In this document: positions 48,354 through 57,998 of the stretch, in pieces | How the letters are laid out: each line of letters starts with the position of its first letter | Numbering within the stretch: the first letter of the stretch is position 1 | Assembly (NCBI GenBank): GCA_963769425.1 | Contig: CAVYLP010000004.1 | Span: forward strand, 288,001 to 352,000 | From: Candidatus Bathyarchaeota archaeon | GTDB lineage: Archaea > Thermoproteota > Bathyarchaeia > TCS64 | Length of the DNA: 64,000 nucleotides | Direction of reading: 5' to 3' | Program-made: the position numbers and the translations under genes | The notes under the pieces: generated by a model | What the model saw: only the letters and a program-made list of their open reading frames with translations | Told to the model about the DNA's origin: nothing | The model's database searches: none

Positions 48354-49685
48354 ATGGCTACCGAGACTCTCCCCGGCTACAGAGGGAAGCTCAGGGAGCT
48401 TCTCACCCGCGCTAGGGTCGGCGTGGGGGACGTGGTCAGGGTAAACAAGGGTGGCGAGGCATACGAGGGCACGCTCCTCCCCCGCGTCGAGAACGCCGAC
48501 GACTGGCACCTAATCATCAAGCAGAAGACCGGCTACAACATAGGGATCGCCCTCGTCAACGACCTACGCGTCGAGAAGATCGGGGAGGCCGTGAAGCCCG
48601 AGTTCAGGCCACCACCACTCCCCCCCGTGAAGGAGGGGCTGCCCAAGGTCAGCATCATAAGCACAGGCGGCACCATCGCAAGCCGCGTCGACTACGTAAC
48701 CGGCGGCGTCTATGCCGCGATGTCGAGTCGGGACCTACTCAGCATCGTCCCAGAGCTCGCAGACATCGCCCAGATCGAGGCGGACATCCTCTATAGCGTC
48801 TTCAGCGAGAACATCAACTCGGACCATTGGGAGGGCATTGCGAAGAGGGTGGCAGAGAAGATCAAGCAGGGCGCGGACGGCGTCATCATCACACACGGGA
48901 CAGACACGATGGGGTACAGCACCGCCGCACTCACGCTGGCGATCCAGAACCTCCCCGTCCCCGTCATCTTCGTCGGTAGCCAACGCAGTAGCGACCGCCC
49001 CAGCAGCGACTCCGCCACGAACCTAGTCGCAGTTGTCAACGCGGCGGCCCACGCCCCCTTCGCCGAGGTTGTCCTAGGCATGCACGAGGGCACGGGCGAC
49101 GACTCCATAATCTTCCACCCCGGCGCCAAGGTCCGCAAGTGCCACTCAAGCGCCCGCTACGCCTTCCAGACGGTGAACGCGAGCCCCGTAGCCCGATTCA
49201 GGGACGGTAAGATGGAGATGCTAGCCGAGCATTACCGGCCACGCCAGGACTCGGAGCCCATCATCATGAACAAGTTCGAGAAGAAGGTGGCGCTCGTCAA
49301 GTTCCACCCCGGATTCAACCCAATAATAATCGACGCCCTCATAGACGCGGGCTTCCGCGGCCTCGTCTTCGAGGGGACGGGCCTCGGCCACGTCTCCGAG
49401 ACGCTCTACGACGCCATCGGGCGCGCGGGGAAGGCGGGTTTGCTTATGGGTATGACGAGCCAGTGCATCTGGGGCCGCGTAAACATGAACGTCTACAGCA
49501 TGGGGCGGGAGCTAACACGCCGCGGCGTCGAGCCTCTTGAGGACATGCTCCCCGAGACCGCCTTAGTCAAGATGATGTGGAGCCTCGGCAACACGGGCAC
49601 CGCCGAGGAGGCGAAGAAGCTCCTCAAGACAAACGTCGCGGGGGAGTACAACCCCCGGACCCCGTACGCGAGGAGGGAGAAGTGA
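48354..49685 (+). CDS. gatD: Glutamyl-tRNA(Gln) amidotransferase subunit D
   Basis: GYNIG, TGGTIASRVDY, HGTDT, QRSSDRPSSD. Confidence 0.95.
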   Translation: MATETLPGYRGKLRELLTRARVGVGDVVRVNKGGEAYEGTLLPRVENADDWHLIIKQKTGYNIGIALVNDLRVEKIGEAVKPEFRPPPLPPVKEGLPKVSIISTGGTIASRVDYVTGGVYAAMSSRDLLSIVPELADIAQIEADILYSVFSENINSDHWEGIAKRVAEKIKQGADGVIITHGTDTMGYSTAALTLAIQNLPVPVIFVGSQRSSDRPSSDSATNLVAVVNAAAHAPFAEVVLGMHEGTGDDSIIFHPGAKVRKCHSSARYAFQTVNASPVARFRDGKMEMLAEHYRPRQDSEPIIMNKFEKKVALVKFHPGFNPIIIDALIDAGFRGLVFEGTGLGHVSETLYDAIGRAGKAGLLMGMTSQCIWGRVNMNVYSMGRELTRRGVEPLEDMLPETALVKMMWSLGNTGTAEEAKKLLKTNVAGEYNPRTPYARREK

Positions 49686-51584
49686 TGGACTACAAGAAGA
49701 TAGGGCTAAAGGTCGGCATAGAGGTCCACCAGGAGCTCGCCACCGAGCACAAGCTCTTCTGCAGCTGCCCCCCGAGGCTCAGCGAGTCGGAGCCCGAGTT
49801 CAGGTTCCTGCGCCGCCTCCGTCCGAGCCAGAGTGAACTAGGCGAGTTCGACCCAGCCGCCCTATTCGAGTTCCTCAAGGGCAAGACTATACAGTACGAG
49901 GGCGACAGCGCCACAACATGTCTCGTCGAGATGGACGAGGAGCCCCCAGGACCCCTAGACCCCGAGACGCTTGAGCTGACCCTGAGCTTCGCCCTCATGG
50001 TGGGGAGCAAGCCTGTGGACGAGGTCCACGTGATGCGTAAGACCGTCGTGGATGGCAGCAACACGGGCGGGTTCCAGCGAACATGCGTCGTCAGCCTCGG
50101 TGGAGGCATTGAGGTCGACGGCAAACCGTACGGTATCCAGCAGATCAGTCTCGAGGAGGACGCCGCGAGGAACGTCGGCGAGGAGGGGAGCATCGTCCGC
50201 TACCGCCTCGACCGCCTCGGGATACCCCTCATGGAGATCGCTACTGCGCCTGACATGCACAACCCAGCGGAGGTCCAGGCAGTAGCACTCAGGATCGGTA
50301 GCTTACTCCGCGCCACCGGGAAGGTACGTAGGGGCCTTGGCACAATCCGCCAGGACGTGAACGTCTCGATAATGAACGGGAGAGGTCGTCGAGATCAAGG
50401 GCGTCCAGGATCTACCCCTGATGCCCACCATAGTCGAGTACGAGGCTCAGCGCCAGTGGAGCCTCCTAGAGATCAAGGAGGAGCTCCTTAAGCGCGGCGT
50501 GAAGCCCGAACACATTAAGGACGAGCAGCTCGACGTATCCACCATCTTCAAGGCGACCGAGTCAAAGATACTAAAGGGCGCGCTGAAGAATGGGGGTGTT
50601 GTTAGGGCGGTGAGACTCCCCGGCTTCGCAGGCCTGACCGGCAGGGAGCTATGCCCCAACAGACGCCTCGGCACCGAAATGAGCGACCACGCCAAGTACA
50701 AGGGCGGGGTCAAGGGAATCTTCCACACAGACGAGCTACCCGGCTACAGCATCACACAGGCCGAGGTCGACGCCCTACGCTCCGCCGCCCACGCCGCGGA
50801 GGGGGACGCCGTCGTCATAGTCGCTGATGAAGCGGAGAAGAGCAGACGAGCCCTGACGGCAGTAGTGGAGCGGGCACGGGATGTCTTCAACGGGATACCC
50901 TTGGAGACCCGGGCGGCGAACCCCGACGGGACTACCCGATTTACGCGGCCACGCCCCGGCGCAGCGCGCATGTACCCAGAGACGGATGTAAAGGCCATAA
51001 CCATAACCCCCGAGCACCTAGAGAAGCTCAGGGCGAGCCTACCCGAGATGCCGGAGGCCAAACTCAAGCGCTTCCAGAGTGACTACGGCCTCAACGAGAA
51101 GCTGGCGAGGCAGATCGTCGACAGCGAGTACATGGGCCTCTTCGAGGAGTTGACGCGCGAGTACAAGGCTCTTACTACACTCGCTGCGGTGACTCTTACT
51201 GAGGACCTGAAGAAGCTACAGAGGGACGGCGTCCCAGTTGAGGCGCTTACGGACAATGCCATACGCGGTACCTTCGCCCTTGTGGATTGCGGGGATACCG
51301 TGAAGGAGTCGGTCCCAGTAATACTCACGTGGCTCGTCCAGAACCCTTCCAGGAAGGCGAGGGATGCTATCACCGCCCTCGGGCTAGGTGTACTATCGGA
51401 AGAGAAGCTCGCTTCTGTCGTCGACGCGAAGATCAAGGCGAACACCGCGATGATCGCCAAGATAGGGGAGAAGGCTGCGGGGCCGATAATGGGTGCAGTC
51501 ATGGCGGAGGTACGCGGGAAGGCGAAGGCCACTGACGTGCAGGATATGATCGCGAGAAAGCTTAAGGAAGCACTCGCGAAGTAA
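49685..51584 (+). CDS. gatE: Glutamyl-tRNA(Gln) amidotransferase subunit E (extra G at ~50378)
   Basis: GIEVHQ, DGSNTGGFQRT, GTIRQDVNVSI, then VEIKGVQDL and RMYPETD after correction. Confidence 0.93.
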
Positions 51585-51760
51585 TCCTTATTTTATAATA
51601 TTCGCTCATTCATAAGCGTATTATGATCAGGCTATGTATATCATCTCATAATTCTGAGACGTTATGCATTAAATCAGGATAATAATCTTGAATAAAGACC
51701 AAAAAACAACGATTTTTCATATTTAATCGCCTTTTTTAAAAAGGGTAACAAAACGCCGCA

Positions 51761-51783
51761 AGTTGTTCGACAACTGTTATAAG
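51761..51783 (+). promoter_or_regulatory. Palindromic operator candidate abutting a TATA box
   Basis: AGTTGT-TCG-ACAACT (51761-51775) then TTATAAG (51777-51783), ~40 nt before ATG 51822. Confidence 0.5.
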
Positions 51784-51821
51784 CCCCATAATACCAAGAG
51801 TAATACGAGTTGTGAGGATCC

Positions 51822-52265
51822 ATGAGCCGCCCGCTGTTTCATCTCAAAGTTAAGATCGGGGAGATGGAGGTAGAGCTAGGCGGGGACAAGGCAGAGGTCC
51901 TCAGCGCCCTCGACGAGCTCCCGAGTATAGTCGAGAAGGTCTCCGCGAGCTTCCAGGGTGAGTCCTCCGGTCACAGGCCACGCCCCCGGAAGCAGCCGGA
52001 GAACGGGGCCCCCGAGGCGTTGCCTCAGATTCCCCGGACCACCCAGTGCAGCGAGGCAGTGACCGCGCTCCTCGCGGACCCGTGGGGGAAGACTCCCCGA
52101 ACCATCGCGGAACTCAGGGAGGCTATGGAGGCAAACGCCGTCTTCTTCCCCAAAACGACCCTATCCGGGGTCCTCGTTTGGATGGTGAAGAAGGGGACCG
52201 TCAGAAGGTGGAAGGACAAGAAGAGGGGATACCTCTACACGATGAATACGCCGGAGCCCGAGTAG
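51822..52265 (+). CDS. Beta-hairpin/helix N-domain plus C-terminal winged helix
   Basis: HLKVKIGEMEVELGG...; RTIAELREAM..TLSGVL..MVKKGTVRR..GYLY. Confidence 0.65.
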   Translation: MSRPLFHLKVKIGEMEVELGGDKAEVLSALDELPSIVEKVSASFQGESSGHRPRPRKQPENGAPEALPQIPRTTQCSEAVTALLADPWGKTPRTIAELREAMEANAVFFPKTTLSGVLVWMVKKGTVRRWKDKKRGYLYTMNTPEPE

Positions 52266-52266
52266 T

Positions 52267-52749
52267 ATGCCGAAGATAACGCTGACCGTCAAGACCCAGT
52301 TCGGGGACATACAGGTGTCGGGGGAGAACCCCGAGGAGCTTCTCAGCGGCCTAGACTGGCTCACACAAGAGTACGTAGCGCAGCTCAATGAGAAGGTCTC
52401 CGTGGTTGTCTCAAAGCAAGCCCTCGACCACCTGAAGGACATAGTCGAGATGAGGCGGGACGGCCCAATACTCGTCTGCAAGGAGGAGATAAGCCACTAC
52501 GAGGCTATCGGGTTACTCCTCTACGCGATGAAGGGTTACCAGGCGACGGGGAAGGAGTTGAAGGCTTTCCTCAACGAGAGCGGGCGCAAGGTGATAGTGC
52601 CCGCTCGGCTTCACGAGATGGTGAAGAAGGGCGTGCTCTTCCGCCCCGAGGGGAGGGGGAGTATCTACAAGCTGACGGCGAAGGGCGTCAACTGGGTGGA
52701 GAAGGAGGTTCTTCCGCCGATTCGGGAGAAGCAGGCTGCGTTGGCCTAG
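52267..52749 (+). CDS. Paralogous beta-hairpin/helix plus winged-helix protein
   Basis: TLTVKTQFGDIQVSG...; ARLHEMVKKG..YKLTAKG. Confidence 0.65.
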   Translation: MPKITLTVKTQFGDIQVSGENPEELLSGLDWLTQEYVAQLNEKVSVVVSKQALDHLKDIVEMRRDGPILVCKEEISHYEAIGLLLYAMKGYQATGKELKAFLNESGRKVIVPARLHEMVKKGVLFRPEGRGSIYKLTAKGVNWVEKEVLPPIREKQAALA

Positions 52750-53062
52750 GGTGTGCCCTTTCGTAGTCCTCGTACATGTCGGAAACAGTGACGAGTAGAC
52801 TGAGTATGATCTGCTTAGCTTCGCAGGTGTAGCCTCCGTCCTTGAATGGGCTGCGCTGTATGAGATTCTTCTCGAGGAGCTTCGACACCGCCCTCTCCGT
52901 CGCCTTGGGCGTGAGGTTGAGTTCCGTCGAGATCTCCTTCACCGTCATCGTCCTCGCAGTCCCCAGTAGGTGGAATACTATCTGGAACTGGCTCGGCGCC
53001 TTCCGTAGCTTGAGGAGCGTGTCCGTCCTGTCCCTTAGCTCGGCAAGCTGCTTCTCAGACAT
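52688..53062 (-). CDS. TrmB/Lrs14-like winged-helix protein
   Basis: MTVKEISTEL..TERAVSKLLEKNLI..GY, followed by a C-terminal helix. Confidence 0.7.
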   Translation of the reverse strand: MSEKQLAELRDRTDTLLKLRKAPSQFQIVFHLLGTARTMTVKEISTELNLTPKATERAVSKLLEKNLIQRSPFKDGGYTCEAKQIILSLLVTVSDMYEDYERAHPRPTQPASPESAEEPPSPPS

Positions 53063-53141
53063 CTTTTCCCGATGCCACTTTCTCTCATGACCTTTTAAAT
53101 GATACCTATCGGCGTGGAGCAGGGAGGTGGTCGAAAGTGGC

Positions 53142-53399
53142 TTACTTGTGCCCCATGTCCCGGTAGAGCTTCATGATCAAATCATAAGGCGTCACGACGG
53201 CGACGTAGCCCTCGGGGCGTGCCTCGACTAGGCCCTGCTTCTTCAACTCCGCGAGGCGCGCTCGGACCGTGGAGCCGTTCTCCCCCAGAACCACAGCGAT
53301 CTCCTGCGGCTTGAGGATGCTCCCCCTAAAGGCTAGGTGGCAGAGTATCTTGTAGGCTGAGGTCTCGGGTTCTAGCTGGTCGAGCTTCTCGGCGCTCAT
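53142..53399 (-). CDS. TrmB/Lrs14-like minimal winged-helix protein
   Basis: KPQEIA..STVRARLAELKKQGLV..GY. Confidence 0.72.
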   Translation of the reverse strand: MSAEKLDQLEPETSAYKILCHLAFRGSILKPQEIAVVLGENGSTVRARLAELKKQGLVEARPEGYVAVVTPYDLIMKLYRDMGHK

Positions 53400-53662
53400 T
53401 TGGTGAAATACTCCTTGAGGAGCGTGACTAGGATGGGGCCGAGCTTGTAGCGGTAGACTCCGCGGCTGACGGGGTCGACGAGCCCCTTGTTCTTGAGATT
53501 GAAGAGGGCGATGTTGACGGCGTTGACGGTGAGCTTGAGTTTCTCGGCGATCTCCTGACTCGACATGGCCTCGCCGCTCTCAACGAGGCAGAGTAGCACC
53601 TGCTGCTGGCTTTCTGCTCGCCTCAGGCCCTCAAGCTCGTCCGCGCCAACCAACCCGGTCAC
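53396..53662 (-). CDS. TrmB/Lrs14-like minimal winged-helix protein
   Basis: SSQEIAEKL..AVNIALFNLKNKGLV..GVY. Confidence 0.72.
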   Translation of the reverse strand: MTGLVGADELEGLRRAESQQQVLLCLVESGEAMSSQEIAEKLKLTVNAVNIALFNLKNKGLVDPVSRGVYRYKLGPILVTLLKEYFTK

Positions 53663-53916
53663 TTCTTCGCGAAGATGTATGAAACGAAGTCGGTGAAGGG
53701 GATGGCGCTTCTGTAGGTACCGTCTTCTTGCTGCTTGACGTAACCCTTGTCGAGGAGGCTACGGAGCGCTGGACGTACTGTGCCTGGGGCGATGCCTGTC
53801 TCCTCGCTAATAGCTCCAGGGAGGCTCGCGCCACGGAATGCCAGGTATGTTAGGGTCTTGAATTGCGCCGTATCCGGTTTGAGCTCTTGCGTCGCCTTAT
53901 CGATCAGCTCTGCCAA
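53659..53916 (-). CDS. TrmB/Lrs14-like minimal winged-helix protein
   Basis: GAISEETGI..TVRPALRSLLDKGYV..GTY. Confidence 0.72.
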   Translation of the reverse strand: MAELIDKATQELKPDTAQFKTLTYLAFRGASLPGAISEETGIAPGTVRPALRSLLDKGYVKQQEDGTYRSAIPFTDFVSYIFAKK

Positions 53917-53917
53917 T

Positions 53918-54163
53918 CTACTTCACCTGCTTCTCCAGTGCCTCAATTCTCTCCATTAGATGGATGACGATCCCTGCGTAGTTAGGCTCGTAGTTGCCCC
54001 GCCCGCTCCTTTGGAGGAGCCCTTCACGGGCCAGCTTGGCGAAGGCGTCCTTGACAGAGTTGTACTTAGCGTCGAGCTTGGCCGCCATCTGCTCGGGGCC
54101 GAGTGTTGGGTCTTGGAGGAAGCTGCGGAAAACCTTGTCCTTTAGGCTCAAATCCTCGGACAT
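53918..54163 (-). CDS. Minimal winged-helix protein with coiled-coil tail
   Basis: PEQMAAKL..SVKDAFAKLAREGLL..GNY..MERIEALEK; TTAATAAG ~25 nt upstream suggests a leaderless mRNA. Confidence 0.72.
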   Translation of the reverse strand: MSEDLSLKDKVFRSFLQDPTLGPEQMAAKLDAKYNSVKDAFAKLAREGLLQRSGRGNYEPNYAGIVIHLMERIEALEKQVK

Positions 54164-54372
54164 TTGATTAAAACTGGCCCGTACTTCTTATTAACTTTGT
54201 TTTTGACCTGGCGATGTCGGATCGCTCGTGGAGTGGTTTTACCGAGCGTTATCATTTCTTTATTTATATATAAAATGGCGTTTAAACCAAATTACGCTCT
54301 ATGCATTCGATCACTTTATATGTCTAGGAAAAAATGTGTTGTGCAGGGACAGTTCTGGGGGTTAATCGTCGA

Positions 54373-55431
54373 GTGCTAAGTCTTGAGGAGCGGGCGGGGG
54401 TAATTGAGGGAGTACGGAGGCCGGGGGAGAGTCTGAGCCTCTCCATAAGGGACCTCCTGCTGGGCGAGATTTCGAGTGACGTGGCGTCTGAGCAACCCGC
54501 CGTCGCTGCCTTAGCTGCTAGGATCAGGGAGGAGATGAGCCTCTTCCCCATGACGAAGCATGAGGTATTCAAGAGAGTGGCTGGTGTGGACGCGGGGAGC
54601 CAGATCCTGCCCCTTGCATCGAAGAGGTATGGCGTCGTCAGCGCACTCGCCTACGGGCTTCCGGGGGGAGCTAAATTTTGGATGCGCCCCGAGTCGATGT
54701 CGCTTCCGTACGGTGTCGCGGGGAATAGGTTCGAGGGGATGGTGAACGCGAGGAGGGAGGCGAAGCTCTACGAGACCGCAGCCGTCTACCTAATTGCCCA
54801 CCCCGAGACCGAGCTACTCCTAGTCGACGGTCCACTCGCCTTCAGCGACTGGTGGAGGATGACGGGCTGCCACAAGGACCAGAAGAGGCTCCTCGACGCC
54901 GTCAACAATCTTCTTCACCTCGGCAGGGAAGCTGGTGTCGCCCTCGCCGGCGTCGTGAAGAGGCCGAGCGCCAGGTACCTCCTTTACCATCTCGGCATGC
55001 AGGGGGAGACTCAACTACCCGACAGCTTCCTCCTCCTCCACGCGCTGAGGCCGGGGGAGAGGACGGACATCTTCTCGCCGAAGTCCGCGCTGGCGCAGGC
55101 GAGCAGGCCCGCCGCCTTCATGGGCTCCCTAGACGTCCCCATCTACAGCTTCTATGCAAGGATGACACGGGAGTGGAGCCTCCCCCCCATTAGGGTGGAC
55201 CTCCCCGCCCACTGCCTCGGGGGGCTCGACGACGTCGCCGACTACTGCTATGGGACGGCGCTAAACAACGGCATACCTCTCCCCCTAGTGAAGGCGGACG
55301 AGGAGGTCAAGATAACCCGCCGCTTCATGGCGGAGGTCTACGGGGAGATACTGAGCAGGGTGAGCAGGCGCACCGGGGAGGTACGGGGGCTCGCGCCGTA
55401 CTGGGGTGAGGGCAGATGGATGGGGGCTTGA
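54373..55431 (+). CDS. NurA-family nuclease
   Basis: VAGVDAGS, LLLVDGPL, GVVKR, GIPLPLVKADEEVKI; probable GTG start at 54373. Confidence 0.8.
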   Translation: MLSLEERAGVIEGVRRPGESLSLSIRDLLLGEISSDVASEQPAVAALAARIREEMSLFPMTKHEVFKRVAGVDAGSQILPLASKRYGVVSALAYGLPGGAKFWMRPESMSLPYGVAGNRFEGMVNARREAKLYETAAVYLIAHPETELLLVDGPLAFSDWWRMTGCHKDQKRLLDAVNNLLHLGREAGVALAGVVKRPSARYLLYHLGMQGETQLPDSFLLLHALRPGERTDIFSPKSALAQASRPAAFMGSLDVPIYSFYARMTREWSLPPIRVDLPAHCLGGLDDVADYCYGTALNNGIPLPLVKADEEVKITRRFMAEVYGEILSRVSRRTGEVRGLAPYWGEGRWMGA

Positions 55432-56930
55432 AGGTAGGGCATACCTACAGCCTGACGGGCGAGTACAGCATCGATAAGATCACTGTGCTCCTCATGAGGG
55501 GACGTGAGTTGGCGAAGGGCGACCTCGTCTACGTCAAGCACCCTAAGAACGGGTCACCCGTCGTTTACCAGGTCGTCAAGGTCTACCCCCACAAGCGGGT
55601 CCGCGAGTACGAGGAGGCCCTGCTCACAGAGGGGCGAGTCATAGACGACGCCGAGGACTCCAGTCTGCACGCAGAGGCGTACCAGTGGGGGTGGATGGAC
55701 GGGGAGGGCAGCCTCAGGCCGCTACGGTACCCACTCGCCCCAAACACGCAGGTCTTCGCGGCGGAGCGCGACCTTGTCGCGAAGTTCACGAAGCCGAACG
55801 GGGAGTGGAAGTTCCTACTCGGCACGGACCCGACGACCGACCTCGATGTTGAACTGGGTCTCTACCCGTTGATCCGGCAGAGCTGTCTCATCTGCGGGGC
55901 GGTTGGGACAGGGAAGACGACGACGGCAGTAAGCATGGTGGCACGCGCTGCAAACGCGAATCCCCCTGTCCGCTTCTTTATAGTCGATAAGGACGGGGAG
56001 TACAGCAGCTTAACCGACCGCCTCGGGGCGGGCGCCGTCCTCAAGGTACCTTGGAGCAGCTTCTTCCAGCCCGGTGACATCCCCTGGGACGACTACGTCG
56101 CCGAGTTCGGGTGGCAGAAGACGTGGTGGAACGCTAAGATACTCGTCCAGGCGCTGAAAGTCCTCTACGCGCAGGCCGCCACCGTCACGAAGGCGAACCT
56201 ACGTCGGGCTGTCACCATCGTAAGCCCCGAGAACCTGGGATTCAACAAGAAGTCGGAGGAGTGGGAGCTATACAGGGCACAGGTGGAGAACGCCATAAAC
56301 GCGAGCCGACTCATCCCCGAGGGCGAAGCCACCGTCCTAGACCCAGTCCAGCTCCTCAAGGAGAGGAAGATAATCATCATGGACCTTAGCGACGGCAAGG
56401 ACACTTGGGAGCAGAAGCACCTTGTTGTGGCTCAGGTTCTCCGGAAGATCTTCGGTGAGGCCCTGGAGAACAGGAAGTTCGGATGCATCGTACTGCTCGA
56501 GGAGGCGATGTACTACGCGCCTCAGCACGGCGTCTTCGAGATAGGTGAGAAGGAGAGCCGGGGGAAGCTACTTAGTGTCATCAAGGAGATCGCTACGAAC
56601 GGTGGGCGTAACGGCGTCGGCCTCTGGGCGGTGACGCAGCGCCTCGCTACCGTGGAGAAGACCGTAGTTACCCAGTGCGCTAACAACATTATCTGTCATG
56701 GTCTCGAGGACCTCGACAAGCAGCGCCTCGCAGAGATAATGGGGGACGAGTTTACGCAGCTCATAGGCGACTTGCCCCCGGGGGAGGCTATAGTGAAGGG
56801 AACCGCATTAAAGTGTCGGTTTCCTATCTGGGTCAAGGTGCTCCCCGAGGTCTACCCCGCGTCGAGCCTGAGTACCCCGATGAGTCGCTTTGTCCACATG
56901 GCATTGACCGAGGCGGCCGCTCCCCAATAA
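55416..56930 (+). CDS. HerA-family ATPase/DNA translocase
   Basis: N-terminal HAS-barrel-like region, GAVGTGKT, DKDGEY, LLEEA, GR.GVG..VTQR, LPPGEA. Confidence 0.85.
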   Translation: MDGGLKVGHTYSLTGEYSIDKITVLLMRGRELAKGDLVYVKHPKNGSPVVYQVVKVYPHKRVREYEEALLTEGRVIDDAEDSSLHAEAYQWGWMDGEGSLRPLRYPLAPNTQVFAAERDLVAKFTKPNGEWKFLLGTDPTTDLDVELGLYPLIRQSCLICGAVGTGKTTTAVSMVARAANANPPVRFFIVDKDGEYSSLTDRLGAGAVLKVPWSSFFQPGDIPWDDYVAEFGWQKTWWNAKILVQALKVLYAQAATVTKANLRRAVTIVSPENLGFNKKSEEWELYRAQVENAINASRLIPEGEATVLDPVQLLKERKIIIMDLSDGKDTWEQKHLVVAQVLRKIFGEALENRKFGCIVLLEEAMYYAPQHGVFEIGEKESRGKLLSVIKEIATNGGRNGVGLWAVTQRLATVEKTVVTQCANNIICHGLEDLDKQRLAEIMGDEFTQLIGDLPPGEAIVKGTALKCRFPIWVKVLPEVYPASSLSTPMSRFVHMALTEAAAPQ

Positions 56931-56962
56931 TTATTAATAAAACACCCACAGCCGGGGGATAC

Positions 56963-57948
56963 ATGGGTGCAGCGCAGACAACAAGGCACAGACGCGTAGA
57001 CTACGGTCGGAGCCTCCTCAAGATCATCGTGCTGTTTGTTCTACTCAGTGCCTGTCTGAGCATCGTCGTTATCCTATTCCAGTGGCAGGACGTGCAGCAG
57101 CTGCCCGTGTTCCTCAGACCATACGCTCCGATACTGCTCGCCATCAGCCCACACCTCCGCTACATAAACGCGGTGATAATCATCGTCCTCGGTTACTTAA
57201 TCGTCGGTGAGGTGGGGCACATAGTCTACGCATATATGCGCGGCTTCGCTGACCAGTCCTCTGCGGCAACGGTCCAAAACATCACGAGGATCGTGGGATT
57301 CGGCGTCCTCCTGGCGGTGTTAGCCTCCGTGTTCAGCGTCGACCCCGCAGCGGCACTCACCCTCGGCGGGTTCGGGGGCTAGTCGTAGGCTTCGCGACGC
57401 AGACGTTCCTATCTAATACAATTGCGGGCATCTTCGTCCTGGTAACCCGCCCCTTCACATTCGGCGATGTTGTCACGATATCAGGAAATTGCGGTACCGT
57501 CAAGGAGATCAGGATCATGCACCTACTTCTGGAGTCATCCGACGGCTCCAAGGATATACTGATACCAAACAGCCTCGTGCTTAGCCAGGTGATCCTGAAG
57601 AACAGGCCCGGGGTGAGGATGGGGCCGACCCCGACGCTGCTCACACTCGACCCGCTTCCTGAGAAGGTGAAGATTGGCGAGAAGATAGTGTTCACGGGGA
57701 GGTTGACGGATACGACGAATGGGAAGCCGATGGCTGAGGCGACCGTATTAATCCTTGACAGGGACATTGGAAAGGACGACCTGCTCGGGGAGGGGGTAAC
57801 CGACGCCGAGGGAGCCTACCGCGTCGAGTGGGAGGCCCGAAAGGTGGACGAGTTCGACGACACAGCCGAGGTATACGCCAAGTTCGAGGGGGACGAAGAT
57901 CACAGATCCTGTCACACGAAGCGGTACGTCGTCGAGATACTGAAGTGA
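56963..57948 (+). CDS. MscS-family channel with C-terminal Ig-like domain (one G missing at ~57374-57378)
   Basis: TM helices, then GLVVGFATQTFLSNTIAG, RPFTFGD, IPNS after correction; tail FTGRLTD..G.P..A.V..TD..G.Y. Confidence 0.75.
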
Positions 57949-57998
57949 GTCATTAAGGCTTAAACAGCGGCGTCGGCGCCACTCTCATGGTGTGATCG

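Noticed and set aside
51585-51821. Replication origin in the AT-rich intergenic region
   Set aside because: No ORB-like repeats recognised and no cdc6/orc1 nearby.
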